A DNA stretch of 64,000 nucleotides, taken from positions 64,001 to 128,000 of the IMG/VR virus record IMGVR_UViG_3300033076_001139, one strand, 5' to 3'. The DNA comes from a virus (Duplodnaviria > Caudoviricetes). The notes below the pieces were generated by a model, which saw only the letters and a program-made list of their open reading frames with translations, searched no databases and was not told the DNA's origin. Shown here piece after piece: positions 8,826 to 16,673 of the stretch (position 1 is the first letter of the stretch; each line of letters opens with the position of its first letter). The translations under genes and the position numbers were made by a program.

Positions 8826-10541
8826 ATGGCTGAGCCAGTTCCCGCAAGTCCGGCTGCGCCTGCCATGGTAGCTACCTGGCCGGAGGTTCTTCCGGGTAGT
8901 TCCGAGAATCTACCGCACTACGAGGCCGCAGAGCCGGTGCGTCGTCCTGTGCGCGGTATCCAGCTCAAGGGCGAGACCTTTGCGCGCATCTCGTTGCCGG
9001 GTCGGTCACTTTACGATTCTTCGGGCCAGCCCCTTGCAGGCCCGGAGGGCGCACAGCGTACTACTGCGGACGGAAAAACCCCTCCCGCAGATAAGTGGCA
9101 GGGTATGTCACATAAGTACGCCAACTTTCTACTCCAGAGTGTCGCAATTGACATGGAGGAGAAGTTCCAACCTGTTCCCACATTTGGCCTGACTTACGGC
9201 TTCTTCTTTGGGGAGCGACCCCATATCTACTCTTTCAACGCGGTACTGGTAGACAGTGGAGACTTCCGTTGGGTCAGCGACTGGCTTGGAAACTACGAAG
9301 ATAAGCTGCGTGGCACTAAACTGGCAATGGCAAATACGCCCGTTACTGTGGAGTTTGAGGACCACAAAATCGAGGGGTACATTATCCGCTCGGTACTAAA
9401 TAAGGATGCCTCCACACCTCTCTACATGCAGTTATCCTTTAGCCTCTGGGTAATACGCCACGAAACCCCGGAGCACGAGGCAGGAGATACGCGTTTCCCT
9501 TATAGTGCTGGCGGTACGCCGGTAGTTCACCGTCTTCCTTTCAGTACGACTGATGCGGTGCGTAGGGCCAACATTGACCTACTCAAGAAGTCACAGAACC
9601 CGGGATGGCTACGCAAGATCATTAATCAGGTATCCGAGCTAAAGAATAAATACGACAGCGTTGTCCAAGGGGTTGAGAACTTCCTGTACAATCGCAATAT
9701 TGTTCCGGCTAACCAATATGTCAACGCAGCTACAATAGCGGCGGAGCAAGGCACGTTAGCAGCAATTCTGGCAGGACAGAGCTACACTGTCACGTTCAAG
9801 AAGCCGCCTTACTACGCACACGAGCAGGGAGGATTTATCTTCCAGAACCGCGACGAGTACATGCTGGGCGGTTGGATTGACGCCTTAGAATCGTATGGTT
9901 CAGCTGACCCGACGAAACTAAAACTTGCAGACGGTAGGTCTGTAACCGCTGCGGCGCTTGTCGCTGAAGCAGAGGCCGCCTGGGCGGCGCAGGTAGAGAA
10001 GCAGCCGGTAACCCTGAGTTCTGAGTCCCTCCTTGAGAAAATTGGTAGGACGGTGCTTTCCCGTGCCGCCCTCTACGCAACTCAAGTACTGCTTCAAGAG
10101 GACGGAATTGTAGCAATCACGAGTGGTAGCGTAGAAGGGACCATGCTTGGGCAGTCGGACAAGCTTCAGTTCACGAAGGACATACTGCTCCCCTCCCTGC
10201 ACACCCTTGAAACCATCGCAGTAGACGCAGTGGGCGCGCGCACCCTGACAGACCGACTTCGTACGCAGGCGCAGAGCAGGGAACAGCTAGAGCGACAGAA
10301 CGCAGCTTCTCAAGCAGCCCGTATGGCCGCGTCCTCGGAGCTAAGCCGCACGTCCAGACTACAGGCCTTACAGAACGCGGCTAACGCCATCATCGGTACC
10401 ACGACTTCCTCGGCGGTCGCCGACGCCGCGTTACAAGAGCAGCTTACCGCAACACGGGCAGAAGAACGTAGACAGCAGCAGGACGCGGCTTCAGAAAGAG
10501 ACGCGCAGCGGCAGGCCTTGTTACGTGCCTTCGCATCATGA
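8826..10541 (+). CDS. Putative tail tube-initiator/baseplate protein
   Basis: AGGAGG RBS. Beta-rich N-terminal domain (NFLLQSV..EEKFQ..TFG..FFGERP) and coiled-coil C-terminus. Follows the tape measure gene. Confidence 0.5.
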   Translation: MAEPVPASPAAPAMVATWPEVLPGSSENLPHYEAAEPVRRPVRGIQLKGETFARISLPGRSLYDSSGQPLAGPEGAQRTTADGKTPPADKWQGMSHKYANFLLQSVAIDMEEKFQPVPTFGLTYGFFFGERPHIYSFNAVLVDSGDFRWVSDWLGNYEDKLRGTKLAMANTPVTVEFEDHKIEGYIIRSVLNKDASTPLYMQLSFSLWVIRHETPEHEAGDTRFPYSAGGTPVVHRLPFSTTDAVRRANIDLLKKSQNPGWLRKIINQVSELKNKYDSVVQGVENFLYNRNIVPANQYVNAATIAAEQGTLAAILAGQSYTVTFKKPPYYAHEQGGFIFQNRDEYMLGGWIDALESYGSADPTKLKLADGRSVTAAALVAEAEAAWAAQVEKQPVTLSSESLLEKIGRTVLSRAALYATQVLLQEDGIVAITSGSVEGTMLGQSDKLQFTKDILLPSLHTLETIAVDAVGARTLTDRLRTQAQSREQLERQNAASQAARMAASSELSRTSRLQALQNAANAIIGTTTSSAVADAALQEQLTATRAEERRQQQDAASERDAQRQALLRAFAS

Positions 10542-12214
10542 GTTCACGTACCCTCGGCGAAGCACAAGTTCTTGGACTCCGGCTCTTTCTAGAAGGGCTG
10601 GAAGTCCCCGTCATATCAGCGACGGTTGACATCAACGAGGGCGCAGCAGCGGTCGCACAGATCGAGATTGTCGGTCTTGACTCTGCAATGAAGTTCAAGC
10701 CTCGGACTATGGTTCACCTGTTCTTTTTTGACGGCGCAGACTACAAGTACGGACCACAAACCGTAAAGAAAACAACAGACGCTCGCAGAACGGACCCTTC
10801 GGACCCTTTTTCCCCGATGGTGCCGTCTAAGACGGAAACTACTCGCAGAACATTAGACGACCGGTACCGTCTGTTGTTCATGGGTGAGCTGTTCTCATAT
10901 ACCTATCAAAAGGCGGGAAGCGGGGCGAGATCCGTCATCCTGAACTGTATCGACTTCAGCAACTACTGGGACACCTCGTTTATCTTTCAGGTAACCGGAG
11001 AAGAGAGTCTTCTGGACGTCCCGCAGATCCAGCCGTTCATCACCGGATCTGACGCCTTCGCAAGCAATCTTGTGGAGGGAAACGTAGGCCTGCTGATTAC
11101 GCAGCTCAAGGCGCAGACACAACTCTCGCAATCGGTATTGCCGGGGGACGGCAGCGTACAATTCCTTTCCTCCCTAGTCGGCATACTAGAGATGCTCGGA
11201 GGTGTGTCAGTCCTCGATGACTCCAAGCCTCCGGACCCTAAAGACCCGAAAAGCACGTATACGCGTTATAGCGTCCACGGAGGCCTCACCCCGTGGCATA
11301 CGCTATCCGAGCGGCGGGTACGCTTGCTCGACCAAATCGCAACAGACGACGGAAAGACAGCCTCGAATATGTTCGAGCAAGAAAAGTTTGAGCAGTTCCT
11401 AAAGCGCCAGAGTGATTTGACCAGTTCTGTCCTCAGCTTTCGGGATATTCTCAACCTGTTGTTAGGACATATCTACTACGCTACTTTCCCAAACCCCTGC
11501 GGGCGTCTGTTGACCGGAGAGCCGTTTACGCCGAAACCTATGGACGCGGGACCTACAAGTAACTGGGCCGCACCTGCCTATGTGTTTCCGACCAACCTCT
11601 CTGTAGACCCTAGGTACTTGGCTCCAGGCCTTACAACCGCAGATGCGTTGCAAGCATCTAGGGAACTATATGCTACGTCTACCCCGGCTCAGGTAGCCCA
11701 AGAGCTATCCAAGAATTTCACGTTTGACGAGCTTACAAACTCCGGCAAGCACAAAAACCTTGTCGCACAAAACCGAGTAGAGGCACTACAGGTTTACAAC
11801 TTCCTGCGGGATCTTTGCCTCTACATCCTAGAGCCGCTCCTTGAGAAATTCCCCAAACTGTCTGTAACCTCAGGATTTAGGGGACCCGAACTTAACGCCG
11901 CAGTCGGGGGGTCCGACGGCTCTCAGCACAAACTAGGGCAGGCGGCAGACCTAGACTTCGGTAGCGCGCAGGCCAACTGGGAAGCGTACAAGTATCTAGC
12001 ATTCGCGCCCCATAGTATCCCTTTTGGGCAGGTTATTTTCGAGAAGCAAGGGGGGCGTCCTTGGGTGCACGTGAGCCTCGGACAGCCGTGGTTTCACCTG
12101 TCTAATGACGTGCGGAGAAGCGTACCTAACCCCAGCACAGGCAAACTCGACTGCCCGCCCGCTCCCCCAAGCTGGAACGCACAAACTCCCCTCCCGCCCG
12201 AGTATGCAGGATGA
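10538..12214 (+). CDS. Putative baseplate hub protein, N-terminal part, with C-terminal peptidase M15 domain
   Basis: LSKNFTFDEL...SGFR..ELNAAVGG...SQH..GQAAD...WVHVS are M15A Zn-peptidase motifs. The hub call rests on position. Confidence 0.75.
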   Translation: MSSRTLGEAQVLGLRLFLEGLEVPVISATVDINEGAAAVAQIEIVGLDSAMKFKPRTMVHLFFFDGADYKYGPQTVKKTTDARRTDPSDPFSPMVPSKTETTRRTLDDRYRLLFMGELFSYTYQKAGSGARSVILNCIDFSNYWDTSFIFQVTGEESLLDVPQIQPFITGSDAFASNLVEGNVGLLITQLKAQTQLSQSVLPGDGSVQFLSSLVGILEMLGGVSVLDDSKPPDPKDPKSTYTRYSVHGGLTPWHTLSERRVRLLDQIATDDGKTASNMFEQEKFEQFLKRQSDLTSSVLSFRDILNLLLGHIYYATFPNPCGRLLTGEPFTPKPMDAGPTSNWAAPAYVFPTNLSVDPRYLAPGLTTADALQASRELYATSTPAQVAQELSKNFTFDELTNSGKHKNLVAQNRVEALQVYNFLRDLCLYILEPLLEKFPKLSVTSGFRGPELNAAVGGSDGSQHKLGQAADLDFGSAQANWEAYKYLAFAPHSIPFGQVIFEKQGGRPWVHVSLGQPWFHLSNDVRRSVPNPSTGKLDCPPAPPSWNAQTPLPPEYAG

Positions 12215-13980
12215 CCACGCGCTCTCGTCTCATCACTACGGTATTTCGACCTGACGTGTGGTTTGTAATGCCACCGGCATGCAACGTTGTGTTCCCGGAG
12301 GAGTGCACGAATGTGTCGTATTCACGTCAGATGATGCGTGAAACGACTCGCCTAGAGCTACAGACATTCACGGGCATCCTTAAGACCTCAGGATCGCAGG
12401 TAGACGAAGAACTCATTCAGCAGTACTACTTTGCCCCTGCTCTTGTAGGCGCGGACGGCAGACCCACCCTGCCGGATAAGTTGGGCAAGCCCCAAGAGGA
12501 CGAGAAGGAGGCTGCCCCGCTTACGAACATCATGTACCTCCATGAGAAGTTCACGGGCATCATCCCGAAGATCGAGAGAATCTCGGATACTGCCTTCTAC
12601 GCAGCACTGGAGGCAAACGAGGCACAGGGTGCTACCTCTGTGACACGCGAATCGGAAGTAGCGACAATTGAGCAGTACGCCCAGCGTGTGGCACTGTTTA
12701 ACTTCCTACGCAACCGATACATGGCCAGGCAGGCGAGTGTGTCAGGTAGATTTATGCCACGCCTGGTTGCTGGGTTTCCGGCACTAGTTGTAAATCGACC
12801 AAAAGAAACGGATACCGACGACCCCACGCACTTTGTGGGAATGATCACGAACATTTCGCACACTTTGAACCAAGACGGCGGTACTACTTCTTTTGCGTTG
12901 TCCTACGCGCGCCCTCACACGATTGCAAGCGAGGAGGAGTCATTTCTTCAGTTCCTGCAATCTCTAGAGGAGAACGTACCAGCGATTGATAAATTGATTA
13001 CCTACGGAACCTCTGCGGAGAACACTGCGGACATTGTGCGGATTAATAAGCAACTTCAGGCACTTTCTGCCAAGCTTATAGCAGAAGGAAAAGACCCGAT
13101 TGCTGAGCTATACATCCCGCTATCTCAGGGAGACTATTTTGGGCCTGCGGGGTACGACCCTACGTTGATTCAGGCCAACCTACATCCTACGGCATTCAGC
13201 GCGACTATCGTACTTATGCGCGGAGCCGGCGCAGACTTAGACACCCCCGCTACCGTAGAGGCCCTGTTTGCGGAAGAGCCCTCGGATGCGATGCTTCAAT
13301 TCGCCTTTAGGGCGTACCTTCAGACGGACGATACTGGGCCTGAACCAGAAACCCCAGAGGCGTACGCTAAGCGAAATAACCTGCCTTCGGTTCAGTCTCC
13401 GGTACCTTGGCTTAAGTCTGCGGACGGGAATACCTACCCAATTGTTGTAGCCGTGTACATCAAGCAAGACGCCAGTACGGTAAAGAAGTCGTTTGAGGAG
13501 ATCATGACTCCTCCATGGTTTTCAGACACGTACAAGAACTCTGCTATTGGAAACTACTACCGCAGGCTGCTGGGCTGTGACTCAATGAGTGGACAATTTG
13601 GCGGCGACAGTAGCTCCGTAGAAGCCGCCGCTATCGCTGCCGTTGAGGCATACTCTGGGCTGGATAACGTCAAGTCCAACGCCGGAGACCCGCAGTTTGT
13701 CTACCTCAACACCAAACGAGAGATTCCAACCCAAGCGCAGGTACTAGAGTTTCACCGTTTTGCCTCGGCAGACGCTGGAAAGAGTCCGCTCTACGGGCTG
13801 GATGAGTCGGGCGGTGGTGTCACCGAGGGCAATGAAGGCCATATCGCCCGGAACCGTGTATCTACCGCAGATACGCTAGAACTTGTCGGCGCGGGCTCTC
13901 TAGATCCTCGACAAGAGCGGTATACTGCCGTAAAGTCGTACCACGATCAGCTACTAGGCCGACGGGCCTTTAGAGGTTAA
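12211..13980 (+). CDS. Putative baseplate hub protein, C-terminal part
   Basis: ATGA-coupled to the previous gene. SVSGRFMPRLVAGFP...VGMITNISHTL..GGTTSFAL resembles the gp27/gpD hub C-terminal barrel. Confidence 0.55.
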   Translation: MTTRSRLITTVFRPDVWFVMPPACNVVFPEECTNVSYSRQMMRETTRLELQTFTGILKTSGSQVDEELIQQYYFAPALVGADGRPTLPDKLGKPQEDEKEAAPLTNIMYLHEKFTGIIPKIERISDTAFYAALEANEAQGATSVTRESEVATIEQYAQRVALFNFLRNRYMARQASVSGRFMPRLVAGFPALVVNRPKETDTDDPTHFVGMITNISHTLNQDGGTTSFALSYARPHTIASEEESFLQFLQSLEENVPAIDKLITYGTSAENTADIVRINKQLQALSAKLIAEGKDPIAELYIPLSQGDYFGPAGYDPTLIQANLHPTAFSATIVLMRGAGADLDTPATVEALFAEEPSDAMLQFAFRAYLQTDDTGPEPETPEAYAKRNNLPSVQSPVPWLKSADGNTYPIVVAVYIKQDASTVKKSFEEIMTPPWFSDTYKNSAIGNYYRRLLGCDSMSGQFGGDSSSVEAAAIAAVEAYSGLDNVKSNAGDPQFVYLNTKREIPTQAQVLEFHRFASADAGKSPLYGLDESGGGVTEGNEGHIARNRVSTADTLELVGAGSLDPRQERYTAVKSYHDQLLGRRAFRG

Positions 13981-13982
13981 AA

Positions 13983-15242
13983 ATGGCCGAGTTTCCTCAG
14001 ATCCAGGCACCGTCCTTCAAGCTCTCTGATGAGAGCAAGGAGCGGCTGCGTAAGGTAGACACTGTGCGGCCCTACGCACACCGTGCTGCTATCTTTGGCC
14101 TGCCGGCGATGGCTTCGGCAAACTACATGCTTCCGCAGATGAAGCGCCGTGGGCTAGCTGTGGGGGCTATTGGGGCTGCGGGCGCTGGCCTGGGGCTGAT
14201 GGATCGCAAGATCGAGCAGCTTGCGGAAGAGCACGAGGAGCTGCGCCCTACTCTTAAGAACTACTCAAAAGGTACCCCCTCTTCTGGAATATCTATGTCG
14301 GCTAAAACTGCTTCCGTGTCTGATCGTGTCCGTCGTAATCAGGACGAGCTGGCGGCTGCTTTCCCGATGACAATGGCTCAACGGGTAGAGCTTCAGAAAG
14401 AGGCCCTCTTGCTGGACCCTAAGACAACGGCGAAAGCTACCGGACAGGCCTTGTCCTTTATGCGCGGTGCAAAGCCTACGCTGATTGGCGCAGGCGTGGG
14501 AGCCGTAGGGGGTGCCGCAGCTGATGGCGAGAACCGGGGCCGCGGAGCACTGACTGGCGCGCTCGTCGGCGGTGCTCTTGGCGGGGGAGCAACTGCCCTA
14601 ACGCGCGCGTACACCCCTGAGCTTCGGGCGGGCATGACTGCCGCTAACCGAGCTGCAATTAGGGGCGGTAAGCCTGTAGGCGCAGCCGACTACACCAAGA
14701 CCTTCAAAGAGGGCTTCAAGAACTACAAGCCTCCCGTTGCGCCTGAAGGCACCGCGAGCACAGCAGCGGTACAAAAACAGACAAGACGCAGTAGAAAGGC
14801 GACTTCTCCGGTTCAACAGCCGGTAACCCAGCCCGCAGTGCAGTCGACTCCTACCCAGACAGCGCAAGAACTGGGGGATATGCGGACGCGTGAGAAAACC
14901 CAATCTGCGCCTGCCTCCTCACTGCGGCATCGTCTACACCAAATGACCTCAAAGGAGGCAGGCATCAACACGATGCATGACGCACACCGCGCAATTGGGG
15001 GACGGCCTCCATACGCCCTCCTCACGATGGGCGGGGAAACCTCGAATGATGCGGTCATAAATCAAATGCTGCGCGCCCTTTTCGCGAACACTGACGCGAT
15101 GCGTAAGGCTACCGAGGATCAAGTCCTCGCAGCCTTCCCGCTATCGGCCCCGTATTCGTACGGGCGTCATCGCGCGATTGGCCGCACAGCGGACGACATT
15201 AAAGCAGAGATTGCGCTGGCTTATACACCTACGCAGAGGTAA
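13983..15242 (+). CDS. Glycine-zipper protein with three internal K-x-A motifs, putative internal virion protein
   Basis: GLAVGAIGAAGAGLG and GAGVGAVGGAAA..GALTGALVGGALGGGA; KTA, KEA, KEA. Confidence 0.6.
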   Translation: MAEFPQIQAPSFKLSDESKERLRKVDTVRPYAHRAAIFGLPAMASANYMLPQMKRRGLAVGAIGAAGAGLGLMDRKIEQLAEEHEELRPTLKNYSKGTPSSGISMSAKTASVSDRVRRNQDELAAAFPMTMAQRVELQKEALLLDPKTTAKATGQALSFMRGAKPTLIGAGVGAVGGAAADGENRGRGALTGALVGGALGGGATALTRAYTPELRAGMTAANRAAIRGGKPVGAADYTKTFKEGFKNYKPPVAPEGTASTAAVQKQTRRSRKATSPVQQPVTQPAVQSTPTQTAQELGDMRTREKTQSAPASSLRHRLHQMTSKEAGINTMHDAHRAIGGRPPYALLTMGGETSNDAVINQMLRALFANTDAMRKATEDQVLAAFPLSAPYSYGRHRAIGRTADDIKAEIALAYTPTQR

Positions 15243-15244
15243 GC

Positions 15245-16018
15245 GTGTCACTCCGCGACGCACTCGAGCAGATGCTCGACAAAGCAGCGGCGGCAGGTCC
15301 TGAACGGGCCGGTCGCCGACAGAAGGAACTTGAGCTTTGGAAGACGTGGAAGGACTCCAACCACGATCCAGAGCACCTGGATCCTTTGCTGACTTCGTTG
15401 CAGCCGTTGATGACGCAGCACGTGAATCGGTACGCAGGGAACGTACCCATCTCACGCCCCGCATTAGAGAATGAGGTCACCCGGCTGACCGTCCGTGCGC
15501 TCAAGAGCTACAAGCCCGACCGGGGTGCCCAGCTCAGTACGTTCGTGACAGGCCAGCTCAAGGGCATCAACCGCTTCGTGACGCAGCACCAAAACGTGTC
15601 GCGCATCACGGAGGAACGGTCGCAGAAGATCGGTCGTTACCAGCGCGCGCACACCGCGCTGAACGAGTCCCTTGGTCGCCCGCCCACGGCACAGGAAGTT
15701 GCCGACGAAATGAAGGTCTCCGTGCGTATGGTCAATCGCCTCTCGCAAGAGATGCGGTCTGACCTTCTGGGCTCCGGCTCAGAGCACGACCCATTCTTGG
15801 ACGAAGAGCCCAAATCCCGCGAAGTGCTGCGGCTGATGTACCCGTACGCCTTCTCACCTGATGAGCAGAAGGTGTTTGAATACCTTCTCGGCCTTAACGG
15901 CAAGGAGAAGGAACTGAAGACGGGCAAGATTGCTCGTGCGTTGGGCTGGTCGGACTCCAAGGTCAGCCAGACTCGCGCTGCAATTGCGAACAAGGTTAAA
16001 CCGTACCTCAATGGGTAA
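15245..16018 (+). CDS. RNA polymerase sigma factor, sigma70 family, FliA/WhiG/SigB-like
   Basis: Region 2 ALKSYKPDRGAQLSTF, region 3 LGRPPTAQEVADEM, region 4 FSPDEQKVF..KIARALGWSDSKVSQ. Confidence 0.9.
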   Translation: MSLRDALEQMLDKAAAAGPERAGRRQKELELWKTWKDSNHDPEHLDPLLTSLQPLMTQHVNRYAGNVPISRPALENEVTRLTVRALKSYKPDRGAQLSTFVTGQLKGINRFVTQHQNVSRITEERSQKIGRYQRAHTALNESLGRPPTAQEVADEMKVSVRMVNRLSQEMRSDLLGSGSEHDPFLDEEPKSREVLRLMYPYAFSPDEQKVFEYLLGLNGKEKELKTGKIARALGWSDSKVSQTRAAIANKVKPYLNG

Positions 16019-16235
16019 GTGGAAAAACGGTGCGCCGCTTGATGCGAACGGTTCTACGACCGGGCGCGAAGGGCTGCGCACCGCGATTCGCACCTACATC
16101 GATGATGCACGAAAGGTGTTGGAGAAGGACAGGGATTACCTTGTGGAATATTCCAAACGACTTTCAAACCGTGACATCCTTGAAAAGGACATGTCGCAAC
16201 TGACGGCCGACGAATTGGACAAGATACTGTCCTGA
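16011..16235 (+). CDS. Small hypothetical protein
   Basis: ATG overlaps the sigma gene 3' end; followed by a terminator. Confidence 0.6.
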   Translation: MGKWKNGAPLDANGSTTGREGLRTAIRTYIDDARKVLEKDRDYLVEYSKRLSNRDILEKDMSQLTADELDKILS

Positions 16236-16244
16236 CGAAGAGCG

Positions 16245-16272
16245 AGGGCAGCTAGGTGCTGCCTTCCTTTTA
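16245..16272 (+). terminator. Intrinsic terminator
   Basis: GAGGGCAGC-taggt-GCTGCCTTC followed by CTTTT. Confidence 0.65.
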
Positions 16273-16314
16273 GCTGGGTGTGCTTGTATCCTGCGAGGTG
16301 CGCAGGAGGCGCAC

Positions 16315-16539
16315 ATGTCAATCGAGTTCAAGTGTGACAACATAGCGTTCTCAGCGTTCTTGTTGTCGCGTGGGGTGCCGACTAGTTCGCACTTCCAACG
16401 CGGCCGCAAGATCGTCTGGGTTTTCAACATCAATCAGGAGGATCTAGCTCAGGCCCAGGCCGACTGGCCGCAGTCCGCGGAATGTCGGTTCTTCAACAGC
16501 TACCTCACCCTAAAATCTCATCTTCGCGAAAGGGCTTGA
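16315..16539 (+). CDS. Small conserved-type phage protein, DUF5659-like
   Basis: AGGAGG RBS; pattern DNIAFSAFLLSRG...IVWVF. Confidence 0.6.
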   Translation: MSIEFKCDNIAFSAFLLSRGVPTSSHFQRGRKIVWVFNINQEDLAQAQADWPQSAECRFFNSYLTLKSHLRERA

Positions 16540-16563
16540 CGCTAGATGATCCGCGTGTATAGT
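16536..16563 (+). promoter_or_regulatory. sigma70-like promoter TTGACG-N16-TATAGT
   Basis: 5/6 match in both hexamers, about 110 nt upstream of the fibre gene. Confidence 0.7.
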
Positions 16564-16673
16564 CATCTCACTACAGCGCCCAAGGCGCCCCGCCAGAAGT
16601 AGCGGTGAATAGATCGCACCAATGAAGTGCGCGACGGGAATCTCGTCACCATTCACCATAAAGGACTACTATC

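Noticed and set aside
16262-16273. 12-bp CCTTCCTTTTAG identical to 5250-5261, as a possible operator
   Set aside because: Here it is the 3' stem and U-tract of a terminator and lacks the CATAAG element at N15; probably coincidental.
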